Part shown: piece after piece, positions 28,429-38,533 of the stretch | How positions within the stretch are numbered: the first letter of the stretch is position 1 | Layout of the letters: each line of letters begins with the position of its first letter | Source of the DNA: Spirochaetia bacterium | GTDB lineage: Bacteria; Spirochaetota; Spirochaetia; UBA9216 | Assembly (NCBI GenBank): GCA_963677925.2 | Contig: CAXXYH010000003.1 | Coordinates: forward strand, 640,001 to 704,000 | Direction: 5' to 3' | DNA length: 64,000 bases | The notes under the pieces: generated by a model | Databases searched by the model: none | Seen by the model: the letters and a program-made list of their open reading frames with translations, nothing else | Told to the model about the DNA's origin: nothing | Position numbers and translations under genes: made by a program

Positions 28429-29562
28429 TCAGTACTGTTCCACAACAAAAATAAAGCTCTCGGAATACGGCGTTTCTTCAATTACAACTACAAGAGTCAG
28501 AGTATTTGGACCGGTAACAAACCAGTCAGGATTTGTCTCAGTATTCAGGGTCAGGGAAGAACCTGTTCCCCGCGATGTTCCGTTTATTAACCAGCTGCAG
28601 GAAGTGATATTGATTCCATCCCCGGCCGAGACAAAAATAGTCTGCTCCACAGTGCCTCCGCCTGTCTGCAGGGTAAGAGTTGAAGGACTTAAGCTGAATT
28701 GGGGATACTCAGGATTAACTATTACAATACTTCCTGAAGGAAAGCTCCATTGAGCATACAGATCAAGATCAACACAACCCATTGTGAGCTGGTCACCTGC
28801 ATTATAGGCAGTTCCCGAACCGTCATATTCAGTATTCCATCCGGTAAAAGTTCCTCCGGATATTGCAAGACCGCCTGTATTTCCCAGGACTGTTACTGTC
28901 ATATTTTCAAGATAATTATTGCTGTCAGAGGGAACAGAACCTGTGTCAGCGCTATCATCATGATAAGTTACAGTATAGGCAGGCTCCAAAGTCCAGACGG
29001 CAAAGAGTGCGACATCTGCCGTACCCATTAAAAACTCTGAACCTGATACATATTCCGTATCGGGGTCCTCTTCATCCGTGTTCCAGCCGATAAAAGTCCA
29101 GCCGTTTCGCGTAAGTCCTCCGGTATTGCCTAGAACAATCACCTTTTCATCTTCGAGATAAGAGTCTGAATCAACAGGGACAGAGCCGGATTCAGCAGTT
29201 TCCGCAGAGTATGTGACAGAGTATACCGGATAAGCATCCCACATTGCATAAAGACTGACACTGCTTTCCGGCATAAGTATGGTATCGCCCGGCTGATAGT
29301 CTTCGCCTTCTCCGCTTGAGAGTGTATTCCAGCCTATAAAAGAATTTCCTCTTCGGGAAAGAGTTCCTGTATTTTCACTTACAACAACAGAATCACCCGC
29401 ATAGAAGATTTCAGCGTCCGGAATACTTCCGGAATCAGCCCCGTTTGCAAAATATAAGAATTGATAGCCCGGCAGACTCTCAGTGCATCCTGACAGCAGG
29501 TAAAAAACAGACAGTGCTAATATGCCCCTCAGAAAAGACTGACGTGATAAGTAACGATGCAT
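28429..29562 (-). CDS. InlB B-repeat (Flg_new-type) lipoprotein, copy 1
   Basis: Lipobox LSGC; three B-repeats; C-terminal NTLTLVVVIEETPYSESFIFVVEQY; paralog of 25255..26403. Confidence 0.85.
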   Translation of the reverse strand: MHRYLSRQSFLRGILALSVFYLLSGCTESLPGYQFLYFANGADSGSIPDAEIFYAGDSVVVSENTGTLSRRGNSFIGWNTLSSGEGEDYQPGDTILMPESSVSLYAMWDAYPVYSVTYSAETAESGSVPVDSDSYLEDEKVIVLGNTGGLTRNGWTFIGWNTDEEDPDTEYVSGSEFLMGTADVALFAVWTLEPAYTVTYHDDSADTGSVPSDSNNYLENMTVTVLGNTGGLAISGGTFTGWNTEYDGSGTAYNAGDQLTMGCVDLDLYAQWSFPSGSIVIVNPEYPQFSLSPSTLTLQTGGGTVEQTIFVSAGDGINITSCSWLINGTSRGTGSSLTLNTETNPDWFVTGPNTLTLVVVIEETPYSESFIFVVEQY

Positions 29563-29738
29563 GTATATCCCTTTTTAATTCTTTTATTACATGGTGTTTT
29601 AAGAAATAAATTCAGGTAAAATTATACATCCAAAGCCGTGAGTTTTAAACTGAATTTAATTAAATAAAGATTATTATCTGATATATTTTTTCCTTGCTTT
29701 AAACCAACCGGAGGACTTATGATAGTGATATCAGTAAC

Positions 29739-29809
29739 GCGGCTGTCGTATAATGGTAATACTCCAGCTTCCCAAGCTGGCCACGGGGGTTCGATTCCCC
29801 TCAGCCGCT
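29739..29809 (+). tRNA. tRNA-Gly(CCC), CCA not encoded
   Basis: Acceptor stem GCGGCTG/CAGCCGC, anticodon arm CCAGC-TTCCCAA-GCTGG, T arm GGGGG-TTCGATT-CCCCT, discriminator T; upstream TTGCTT-18-TATGAT. Confidence 0.95.
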
Positions 29810-29814
29810 GAACG

Positions 29815-30213
29815 TCACCTGTTAAGGAAAAATTCAGAATACTTCTTATCTTCGATAAGAATGTGTTCTTTAAACCATTTCTTTAATTCTGCAGTTAATG
29901 TCATCGATATTATGACCTTACCCTCAACAGCTTTTTGGCGGTATCCCTCTATCATACGTATAATCTGGGCATGCATCTGCTTTTGAGAATCAATCTCGGG
30001 ATAATGAATAGACTCCATGAAAGTTTCTTCCTGAGTAAAATGATAGTTTGTATATTCCAATACTTCATCAACAAGTATTTTTACATTCTCGGTCATGTCA
30101 TCATTATTAAGTTTCTCATAAAAATTGTTCAAAATCTCAAGCCATCTTTGATGCTGCTGATCCATATCGGGTATTCCTAATTCAAATTTTGTGCTCCATT
30201 CCATAAATTTCAT
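29815..30213 (-). CDS. Bacteriohemerythrin
   Basis: W...G.P.MDQQH, HFTQEE, HAQ, WFKEHILIEDKKY. Confidence 0.9.
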   Translation of the reverse strand: MKFMEWSTKFELGIPDMDQQHQRWLEILNNFYEKLNNDDMTENVKILVDEVLEYTNYHFTQEETFMESIHYPEIDSQKQMHAQIIRMIEGYRQKAVEGKVIISMTLTAELKKWFKEHILIEDKKYSEFFLNR

Positions 30214-30373
30214 TTTTGTTTCTCCGGTTTTAATATGATCTAAATTGTTATATTAAAAGCATAATGTATTAGACCGGCAGATTCAAACTGGACGTTGTAA
30301 AATACTAAAACTGCAATTTGCAGATATAAACCATATTTTTTAACAATTATAAGATACTGATTGAATGATTTTC

Positions 30374-30388
30374 TGATAATAATTATCA
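30374..30388. promoter_or_regulatory. Fur box (7-1-7)
   Basis: TGATAAT-A-ATTATCA, an exact match to the 7-1-7 Fur consensus, between the divergent hemerythrin and MCP genes. Confidence 0.7.
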
Positions 30389-30464
30389 TATTTCTAATTG
30401 AACTTTAACACTGAGGCTTATATTACCCTCATATAATTTAAATTAACTCAACAAAGAGGTATAT

Positions 30465-32102
30465 GTGAAAAAACTAATCATTGTACTGCCGATAATGGCA
30501 GTTTTAATAAACTTCCTTATGTTTGGGCTGGAACCGTTTTCCCAATACAGTTCAATTACCGCATACATTACAATTGTAGTTCTGTGCGCTGCATTCACTG
30601 TAGTCACATTCAGAGCCCATAAAAGAAACCAGTCGTATGATGATCTTATTTCAGACCGATTATGTTCAAATTGCAGAAATACCGGCTCCGTTTCAACAGT
30701 CACCTTACTTAAAGATCATATGAGCTCCTGTGAACAATCAAGAAACAGCATCAACGAAATAATAAAGGAAAACGAATCTGCATCACTGGAATTCAGTGAA
30801 GAATTAAGCCGCTCTGTATATCTGGTTACGTCAATAAACGGCAGCGTCAGAACAATAACTGAACGTATGGAACTGTTAAATAACAATCTTCTCAACTCAT
30901 CCTCAGCAATAGAACAGATTACACAGACTATGAACGAGTTCAGTTCGCAGATTGAAAACCAGTCCAGTTCGGTCATTCAGACCTCAGCAGCCATTGAAGA
31001 AATGGATGCATCTATCCACAACGTAAAGGGAATAACAGATTCAAAACGTGATACATCACTCAAGCTTCTTAACCAGACAACCCTTGGTCAGGAGCATATG
31101 GAAGATATGAACCGCCTGATATCTGAAGTAAACAACAGCGTTGATTCAATTCAGGAGATCATTTCTGTAATCAACAATATTGCAAGCCAGACTAATCTAT
31201 TATCCATGAATGCAGCAATAGAAGCGGCTCATGCCGGTGATGCGGGAAGAGGCTTTGCTGTTGTAGCTGAAGAAATACGCAAGCTTGCCGAATCTACAGC
31301 CAACAATTCAACCCTTGTAGCTGCTACACTTAAGAACATTATTGATAACATAGCCAGGGTTAAAACAGCTGGAAATGAAGCCCTTGATTCATATGAGCTT
31401 ATCGGGAATGAAACAAAGGAAATGGTTTCAGCATTTGATGAAATACTGCAGGCAACATCAGAGCTGAATGTAGGAAGTATGGAAATAGTTGACGCTACCC
31501 ACACATTGAATGAAGTGACTTCTATGATAAGAGACGGTGCAAAAGAAATCACCCACAGTTCTGCAGATATAAGAAATTCTATAAGTTTGATTGTAGAAGC
31601 CAGCCAGGAGAGTATGGAAAATATCAGCTCCATATCCAGAATATCACAGGATATCAATACTACATTTATGACCGTCTCCGGGTCTATCGTAAATTATGAA
31701 GAATATCTTGAAAAAATCCAGGAATTTCAGAACTGGGAATTCGGTTCGGATAAAAAAGCTTTTCAGCCTGTAAAAATTATTATTCAGCACCTGCTCTGGG
31801 TAATGCGGGCAAGAGCTGTTATAGACGGAAAACTAAAAATGGACAGCAGCAGAATCACTGATCATCACTCATGTGATTTAGGAAAATGGATCGACGGCAG
31901 CAGTTCGTCCAATGTTCATGATTACAAAGAATTTACAGAGATGCAGAAAGAACATGAAAAACTTCATAAGGAAGTAAACCATATAATTATCAATAAGGAT
32001 CAAATGGACGCTCAGGAAAGGGAAAACGCATATTCCAGGGTACTGGAAATTTCAGGTAATGTAATCAGATTGATATATGAATTGAATGACCACCTAAAGT
32101 AA
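30465..32102 (+). CDS. Methyl-accepting chemotaxis protein with C-terminal CZB zinc-binding domain
   Basis: Two N-terminal TMs; [38 protein letters not shown]; CZB motifs [18 protein letters not shown]. Confidence 0.9.
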   Translation: MKKLIIVLPIMAVLINFLMFGLEPFSQYSSITAYITIVVLCAAFTVVTFRAHKRNQSYDDLISDRLCSNCRNTGSVSTVTLLKDHMSSCEQSRNSINEIIKENESASLEFSEELSRSVYLVTSINGSVRTITERMELLNNNLLNSSSAIEQITQTMNEFSSQIENQSSSVIQTSAAIEEMDASIHNVKGITDSKRDTSLKLLNQTTLGQEHMEDMNRLISEVNNSVDSIQEIISVINNIASQTNLLSMNAAIEAAHAGDAGRGFAVVAEEIRKLAESTANNSTLVAATLKNIIDNIARVKTAGNEALDSYELIGNETKEMVSAFDEILQATSELNVGSMEIVDATHTLNEVTSMIRDGAKEITHSSADIRNSISLIVEASQESMENISSISRISQDINTTFMTVSGSIVNYEEYLEKIQEFQNWEFGSDKKAFQPVKIIIQHLLWVMRARAVIDGKLKMDSSRITDHHSCDLGKWIDGSSSSNVHDYKEFTEMQKEHEKLHKEVNHIIINKDQMDAQERENAYSRVLEISGNVIRLIYELNDHLK

Positions 32103-32116
32103 AAAACGCAGTAATT

Positions 32117-32144
32117 AAAAAAAACCCGGGAATAACCCCGGGTT
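32117..32144 (-). terminator. Intrinsic terminator of the def-fmt-PASTA operon, possibly bidirectional
   Basis: AACCCGGG-AATAAC-CCCGGGTT with an A8 run on the left (U-tract on the minus strand), between convergent genes. Confidence 0.75.
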
Positions 32145-32163
32145 CAATTATTAATAGATAATT

Positions 32164-33204
32164 TTAATCTGTTGTCAGAGCCCTGATGGCATATGTAATA
32201 ATTTCCTTATCAGCAACGCTTACCTTAAGAAGAGTATTTTCAGGTTCAAAGTACGGTATGGTTATCAGACCGCCCTTGTGTTTCATCTGAAAAAGTTCAG
32301 TTCTGACACCGTCTGGAGTAATCTTGTCAACCTTCAGTGTTACAGGCACCTGGTAATCAGGCAGTGTTCTTTCAAGTATGCCGAAAACATATCCCTCCGG
32401 TGCTTCCTGGGGTGCCGCTATAACAAACTGCATAATAGTATCGTTGGGAACTTCAGCATCAGCAGACGGAGACTGGCTCACAACAGTTCCGGGTGCTTCG
32501 TTGGTTTTAGCCGGGGCAGATGTAAACACAAACTGTATATTGCTCTTTACAACACTTTCAATAACCTCACCGAAGGTAAGACTTGAATAATCAAGAACCT
32601 TTCTGCTCTGTCCCTGAGGCCCCTTGCTGACTACCAGTTCCAGTTCAGTTGCCGAGGCAATCTCGGTACCTGGTTCCGGGTTCTGTACCAGAACGGTGCC
32701 TACAGGAGAATCATCATAAATCCTTGTAATCGGTTTTTTAACCTGCAGAAGCGGGCCGTAAATTGAAACCATGCTCTTTATATGTGCTTCAAGATCATCA
32801 ACGTTCCAGCCTACATAATCGTCTAGCTTTTCTACAGCCGAGCCCTTGCTCACCTTCAAAATAACCCTTGAACCGGCACGAACGCTTGTTCCAGGCTGAG
32901 GATCCTGGCCTACGACAAGGCCTTTATCTTCAATATTCTGTGTGTATCTAAGCTGAACGCTTGAATAAAGCGCCTTTTCTTCGAGTTCAACCAGGGCGTT
33001 TTCAACCTCAAGTCCTGTAATATCAGGAACCATAGTCAGTTCAACGCCCTTAAGGGAAAGAAAGAATGTTGAAAAACCTGCAATAAGCATTATGATAATA
33101 ATGACAACTGCAAAAACCATAAAAGTCCTGAGAAACTTTTTCTCAGGGTCCTCAGAACCGTTTCCGAATAAAAGGTTCTGTAATTTGTTTCCGAGTGGGC
33201 CCAC
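32164..33204 (-). CDS. PASTA domain membrane protein
   Basis: One TM, then three VPD..G / VVxQxPxPG...LxVSKG repeats. Confidence 0.85.
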   Translation of the reverse strand: MGPLGNKLQNLLFGNGSEDPEKKFLRTFMVFAVVIIIIMLIAGFSTFFLSLKGVELTMVPDITGLEVENALVELEEKALYSSVQLRYTQNIEDKGLVVGQDPQPGTSVRAGSRVILKVSKGSAVEKLDDYVGWNVDDLEAHIKSMVSIYGPLLQVKKPITRIYDDSPVGTVLVQNPEPGTEIASATELELVVSKGPQGQSRKVLDYSSLTFGEVIESVVKSNIQFVFTSAPAKTNEAPGTVVSQSPSADAEVPNDTIMQFVIAAPQEAPEGYVFGILERTLPDYQVPVTLKVDKITPDGVRTELFQMKHKGGLITIPYFEPENTLLKVSVADKEIITYAIRALTTD

Positions 33205-34160
33205 TACTCTCCTCCAAGTACTGTGTTGGTAAAATCTTTAACACCGTTCAGGAAATCTTTCCATCCTAGTGCCTTCTTTGACTGAAGCTGCAGCTTTTTT
33301 ACTGAAATAAAACCGTCTCCGGTTTTAACCAGTATACCCGACTTTTTATCAGGTACAGCAACAGTTCCTGCAGCTTTATCCATTAAGTCTCCGGCTGTCT
33401 CCGGCAGGTTTTCTGGATAAATCTCAGCTTCCAGGATATTAAGTTTTTTACCGTTAAAAAATGTATAGATTCCGGGCCATGGTGTAAAGGCCCTTAACTG
33501 TCTGTCTATATGATCCGCGCTGCGGTTCCAGTCTATTTCACCGTCTTCCTTGTTTATATAGGAACAGTAGGTTGCAAGGCTTTCATCCTGTTCATGTTCA
33601 ACAGCATTCCCGTTTTCGATGTCTGTAATAACCTCAGATAAGAGCTCGGCGCCCCTGTGAGCAAAATAATCGGTCAGCCATTCAGTAGTTTCTGTTCCGT
33701 TATAAACGTAGCGTTCCTGGCTTAGTATTGCACCGCTGTCCATTTTAAGCGCAAGTCTCTGAATTGAAACACCTGTCTCTGTTTCACCGGCTATAAGTGC
33801 GGCAGGAATTGGACTGGCTCCCCGGTATTTGGGAAGAAGCGAAGGATGAACATTTAATCCGCCCTGAGGAAAGACATCAATAAAATCCTTTTTAAAGATT
33901 TTTCCAAAGGCGGTTACAGCTAGAATATCCGGCTTTAAAGCCTTTATTTCATTGATAAAAGCCTCATCCAGGGCTTCAGGCTGATAAGTTCTTATTCCAA
34001 GCTCATCAGCCTTTACTTTAACCGGGCAGCACTTTATTTCACGGCCACGGCCGCAGCCTCTGTCCGGATTAGTCAGCACAGCTATAACATCATGATTCCG
34101 GCTTAAAACCTCCAGAGATGGAACGGCTATATCGGGAGTTCCTGCAAATAGTACTCTCAT
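33204..34160 (-). CDS. fmt: Methionyl-tRNA formyltransferase
   Basis: FAGTPD, NVHPSLLPKYRGASP, MDSG, RAFTPWPG. Confidence 0.95.
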   Translation of the reverse strand: MRVLFAGTPDIAVPSLEVLSRNHDVIAVLTNPDRGCGRGREIKCCPVKVKADELGIRTYQPEALDEAFINEIKALKPDILAVTAFGKIFKKDFIDVFPQGGLNVHPSLLPKYRGASPIPAALIAGETETGVSIQRLALKMDSGAILSQERYVYNGTETTEWLTDYFAHRGAELLSEVITDIENGNAVEHEQDESLATYCSYINKEDGEIDWNRSADHIDRQLRAFTPWPGIYTFFNGKKLNILEAEIYPENLPETAGDLMDKAAGTVAVPDKKSGILVKTGDGFISVKKLQLQSKKALGWKDFLNGVKDFTNTVLGGE

Positions 34161-34166
34161 ACCCTG

Positions 34167-34664
34167 TTATTTGCGATCCTTTTTCTGATATATTTTCAAG
34201 AGCCTTTCGCGTTTCTTTTCGTTAAGTCTGTCTATGAACAGCCGGCCTCTAAGATGATCATATTCATGCTGAATAACCCTTGCAAGAATCCCGTCTGCAT
34301 CCAGAGTAAAAGGTTTTCCCTTTTCATTCCATGCCTGAATGGTAATCTGATCCGGCCTCATGACTTCCGCATAAATACCGGGAATGCTCAGACAGCCTTC
34401 TTCATACGGAACAAGGGCCTCAGATGTACTGATAATTTCAGGGTTGATAAAGACCCTCGGAATATCGTTCTGGGCATGAGTAACAAAGATCCTCAGCTGT
34501 TCATTTACCTGCGGACCGGCAAGTCCTATTCCCTTATAAACACTTAAAGATTCTATCATTGCCTGGGCAAGCCGCTCAATTTTTTCGTCAATATCGGCCA
34601 CACTTGCAGCTTGTTTGTATAATACCGGTTCTTTCTCCGAACCAATCGTAACTACCTCTATCAT
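34167..34664 (-). CDS. def: Peptide deformylase
   Basis: GIGLAGPQ, EGCLSIPG, QHEYDHL. Confidence 0.96.
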   Translation of the reverse strand: MIEVVTIGSEKEPVLYKQAASVADIDEKIERLAQAMIESLSVYKGIGLAGPQVNEQLRIFVTHAQNDIPRVFINPEIISTSEALVPYEEGCLSIPGIYAEVMRPDQITIQAWNEKGKPFTLDADGILARVIQHEYDHLRGRLFIDRLNEKKRERLLKIYQKKDRK

Positions 34665-34718
34665 AACTTAATAATACTATTTATTTTCTTCATTGAAAAG
34701 TAGATACGGATACTCCGC

Positions 34719-34748
34719 TTTCTAACCGATTTCTAATGATTTTCTAAC
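34719..34748. promoter_or_regulatory. Three TTTCTAA direct repeats at 11-bp period
   Basis: TTTCTAA at 34719, 34730 and 34741, just upstream of ATG 34771. Confidence 0.55.
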
Positions 34749-34770
34749 AATCCAGATTTATTATCTGGAC

Positions 34771-36567
34771 ATGGTACTGACCAATATAGACCCGGATCGG
34801 ATATGCTGCCGGGAGAAATGGACTGATAATATCGACAAACTCGATTATGCCTTTCAGCCTATAGTAAATATTCATACAGGTATTACGCTTGGATTTGAAG
34901 CACTGTTAAGGGGATGCAGCGAAGCCGGATTTAATTCTATAAATGAACTTTTCGACCTTGCCTACAATGAAACCACTCTTTACAGCCTGGATCTCCATCT
35001 TAGAGAACTTGCCATAAGCAAACTTTACAGCAGACGGGAATTTTCCGAGCTGAAGCTGTTTTATAATCTCGATAACCGTACACTTGAAATGCCTGATTAT
35101 AACGAAGGAAATACCAGCAAATTTCTTCAGAAAAAGGGTCTTTATCCCGGAAATATATGTTTTGAAATCTCAGAAAAACACGAATTCAACTGCTATAACG
35201 ATATCCACTTCATTCTGAAGAATTATAAGAACCAGAATTTCCGTCTGGCAATAGATGACTTCGGCTCTGGATATGCCGGACTCACCCTGCTATATCACAG
35301 TGAATCTGATTATATAAAAATCGATAGATTTTTCATCGAAAACATCAACAGCGACAGCCGGAAGAAATTCTTTGTTGCCAACGTTGTTAACCTTGCCCAT
35401 ATGATGGGCCTCTCGGTAATAGCAGAAGGAATAGAAACTGTCGGAGAGTTTTACGTCTGCAGGGAAATCGGCTGCGACTATGCTCAGGGATATCTTATTC
35501 AGCGGCCTGAACTAGATACCGCAAAGCTGCAGCTTACCTACCCTGAAGTTGAGAAATTCATAATCAAACAGCAGAGAAAGGAAGACGGCGACACCGATAT
35601 GATACGGAAGGAGATCGATAAACTCCAGCCTGTTTTAATCGACTGTTCAACCGAAGATATCCTGGAAGTTTTCAGGAATGAACAAACCTACTGCTGTCTG
35701 CCTGTTATAAATAATTTCAATGAACCGATCGGCCTTCTGCGTGAAAAAGACCTTAAGAAATACGTCTATTCCCCATACGGAATCTCCATCCTGCAGCATA
35801 AATCCAACAGTGAGGGTATCGAAAGCCTTATTTTCAGGGCTCCTGTAATGGAAATATCCACTCCAATAGAGAAAATTCTTGAACTGTACAGCCTTAACCA
35901 GCAGCTTGAAAGTGTAATAATTACAGAAAACGGCCGATATGTTGGGATCCTTGAATCAAGCGCTATTCTTAGAATTCTCAGCGAGAAAAAGATATCCATT
36001 GCCCAGGATCAGAATCCGCTGACAAGACTTCCCGGAAATTCGAGCATAAACAGCTATATTGCAGGTCTTGTGAAGAAATCGGGGCAGGACAGGATTGTGG
36101 CATACTTTGATTTTGATAATTTTAAACCCTTCAATGATGCCTACGGTTTCAGACAGGGCGACCGGATAATCAGACTATTTGCTGATATTCTACGGGAACA
36201 CAGCGAAGTCGGAAAGGAATTTATTGGACATATCGGGGGTGATGATTTTTTTGCCGGATATTCTATGGCAACACATCATCAGCATAGAATTGTAAGCGAG
36301 ATTAGAAGTATTATTGAGCGTTTTGAAAGTGACTGTCAGAGCTTCTACAAGGAGGAAGACAGATTAAACGGATACATCATAGCCAAGAACCGCAGCGGCA
36401 GGATGACAAAAATGCCGCTGCTTTCGGTAAGCGCGGCGGTAATCTGCATTAATGGTGTACCTGAAAACTATACATCTGAAAACTTTTCTGAACGGATTGC
36501 AGCCCTGAAGGTCCTGGCAAAAAAATCAAAGGACCATGTCGCTATCGACTACCTCACAGAAGGCTGA
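34771..36567 (+). CDS. EAL-CBS-GGDEF c-di-GMP metabolism protein
   Basis: FQPIV...FEALLR, IDDFGSGY, KIDR, AEGIE, QGY; central CBS pair; NPLTRLPGN, DFDNFKPFNDAYG, GGDDF. Confidence 0.9.
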   Translation: MVLTNIDPDRICCREKWTDNIDKLDYAFQPIVNIHTGITLGFEALLRGCSEAGFNSINELFDLAYNETTLYSLDLHLRELAISKLYSRREFSELKLFYNLDNRTLEMPDYNEGNTSKFLQKKGLYPGNICFEISEKHEFNCYNDIHFILKNYKNQNFRLAIDDFGSGYAGLTLLYHSESDYIKIDRFFIENINSDSRKKFFVANVVNLAHMMGLSVIAEGIETVGEFYVCREIGCDYAQGYLIQRPELDTAKLQLTYPEVEKFIIKQQRKEDGDTDMIRKEIDKLQPVLIDCSTEDILEVFRNEQTYCCLPVINNFNEPIGLLREKDLKKYVYSPYGISILQHKSNSEGIESLIFRAPVMEISTPIEKILELYSLNQQLESVIITENGRYVGILESSAILRILSEKKISIAQDQNPLTRLPGNSSINSYIAGLVKKSGQDRIVAYFDFDNFKPFNDAYGFRQGDRIIRLFADILREHSEVGKEFIGHIGGDDFFAGYSMATHHQHRIVSEIRSIIERFESDCQSFYKEEDRLNGYIIAKNRSGRMTKMPLLSVSAAVICINGVPENYTSENFSERIAALKVLAKKSKDHVAIDYLTEG

Positions 36568-38533
36568 CGGGATCAACATCAGTTTCAAGGTAAATTCCCG
36601 AGGGAACCTTAAATTGAAGTATTGCACCGGAAAGCAGTGCATGAACCTTATTAAACTGTGATGTTCTAATGATTATCTGAGCCCGGTAATTCCCGGCAAT
36701 CATCGATATAGGACATTCAGCAGGGCCCAGGGTCTCAGTTTCCCCATTGTCATCTATACCGGCCTTTGTGTAATCAAGCCTGCCTGCAAACCTGTCCGCG
36801 GTCTCAAAAACCCGCTCCTCATTCTTTCCGCGGAACACTATCCTGAACAGGCGGGCATAGGGCGGGAATCCCAGCATTTTTCTTGTTTCAAGCTCGTTAT
36901 TATAAAATGCTTCGGAATCTATTGATGCGGCAAGCTGGACTGCCTGGTTTTCGGGCTTGAAGGTCTGAATCAGCACCCTTCCGTCGGGTATATAGCGTCC
37001 GGCACGGCCCGAGACCTGAACTATAAGATTAAAGGTCCGTTCATAGGATCGGAAATCAGGCAGATGAAGGCCTGTATCGGCAAGTACGATGCCGACAAGC
37101 TTTACTCCTGGAAAATTCAGCCCCTTTGCAACCATCTGGGTTCCGAGCAGGATATCAATTTCACCCCTTTTAAAGCGGTCAAGGACATCCTTAAGACTGC
37201 CCCGCTGCTTTACAGAATCGGTATCTACACGCTCAATCCGAAGTGACGGGAACATCTGCTTCAGGTCATCTTCAATCATCTCGGTACCGAAACCTGAGTA
37301 CCCGGTATCAAGCGAGCCGCACTCAGGACATACATCCACGGGTTTCTCGGAATAGCCGCAGTAGTGACAGACCAGACGGTTGCGGTGCTTGTGGTATGTA
37401 AGCGATACAGAACAGTTTCGGCAGCGTGCTTCATAACCGCAGGTACGGCAGTGAAAAAAGTAGCTGAAACCGCGGCGATTGAGAAACAGTATAGACTGTC
37501 TGCCCTCATCCGCAGTGTCGCGCAAAGCCTTTTCAAGCGGAGCCGAAATGCTGCCGTTGTATTTTTTCATATCTATCAGCTCGATCGACGGAAGTGCTCC
37601 GCCGGAGAGTCTTGCCGAAAGGTTGTACCCCTTGATCACACCTGAGCGAACCATATGCCAGGCTTCTAGAGAGGGTGTTGCACTGCCCATGACAAGCCTT
37701 GCCCCTTCGGAGGATATTATCCGCATTGCAACCTGTCTGGCATGATAGCGCGGTTTTGACGAGGACTTGTATGCACCCTCATGTTCTTCATCAATTATTA
37801 TCAAACCTATATCGGGAACCGGTGCAAATATGGCACTTCTGGCACCGATAACAAAACGGGCTTCGCCCTTTTTTATCTTCATCCACTCTACAAGTTTCTG
37901 GGATGGGGTAAGGCTTGAATGAAGAACCGCCACTCCTTTACCGAAGCGGTGCGAGACTTCTTCAACAAGCTGATGGGTAAGTGAAATTTCCGGGACAAGG
38001 TAAATAACCCCCTGCCCCTGTGAAAGAACAGCTTCGGCAATACGTAGAAAGACCTCGGTTTTGCCGGAACCTGTTATACCGCTTAGATAGCTTATACCGC
38101 CCTCGGTTGAAAGGATTCCGTCAATAGCGGATTTCTGCTCGTCAGAGAGTGTAATTTCCTTTTTAACAGGGAGGCTGAACTCTTCGAGTGCGGGCATCAG
38201 GCTTTCGCGTTTCCCCCCTGGAAGCATGGCTGAAAGGGCTTCACCCTGGGAGCAGAAATACATACCGGCTATCCATGATGCAAGTTCGGCCTCTCTTTTC
38301 GAGAATACCGGTTCCTTGTCTATGCATCGGGAGATTTCTTTTATTTTAAAATCTCCTTCGGGTTCAGGAACGCCGGTTTTAATCACAAAACCATTCATTT
38401 TTCTGCTGCCGAATGGTGCTGCAACCCGGACACCTACAGGTATTTCCATACCTTCCGGAACCCGGTAGGTATAGCTTCCAGGAACCGGGGTATTAAATAT
38501 AATTTCTATAAATTTATCAGAGGCTGAACTCAT
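36554..38533 (-). CDS. priA: Primosomal protein N'
   Basis: GITGSGKT, DEEH, SATP, four CxxC motifs, GTQMVAKG, QVSGRAGR. Confidence 0.95.
   Translation of the reverse strand: MSSASDKFIEIIFNTPVPGSYTYRVPEGMEIPVGVRVAAPFGSRKMNGFVIKTGVPEPEGDFKIKEISRCIDKEPVFSKREAELASWIAGMYFCSQGEALSAMLPGGKRESLMPALEEFSLPVKKEITLSDEQKSAIDGILSTEGGISYLSGITGSGKTEVFLRIAEAVLSQGQGVIYLVPEISLTHQLVEEVSHRFGKGVAVLHSSLTPSQKLVEWMKIKKGEARFVIGARSAIFAPVPDIGLIIIDEEHEGAYKSSSKPRYHARQVAMRIISSEGARLVMGSATPSLEAWHMVRSGVIKGYNLSARLSGGALPSIELIDMKKYNGSISAPLEKALRDTADEGRQSILFLNRRGFSYFFHCRTCGYEARCRNCSVSLTYHKHRNRLVCHYCGYSEKPVDVCPECGSLDTGYSGFGTEMIEDDLKQMFPSLRIERVDTDSVKQRGSLKDVLDRFKRGEIDILLGTQMVAKGLNFPGVKLVGIVLADTGLHLPDFRSYERTFNLIVQVSGRAGRYIPDGRVLIQTFKPENQAVQLAASIDSEAFYNNELETRKMLGFPPYARLFRIVFRGKNEERVFETADRFAGRLDYTKAGIDDNGETETLGPAECPISMIAGNYRAQIIIRTSQFNKVHALLSGAILQFKVPSGIYLETDVDPVSLL

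Noticed and set aside
29739-29809. tRNA-Gly as the integration site of a genomic island
   Set aside because: No integrase and no duplicated tRNA 3' end found by eye; the lipoprotein cluster lies on the 5' side of the tRNA.
29753-29986. 77-aa ORF on the plus strand
   Set aside because: Overlaps the tRNA and is antisense to the hemerythrin gene.
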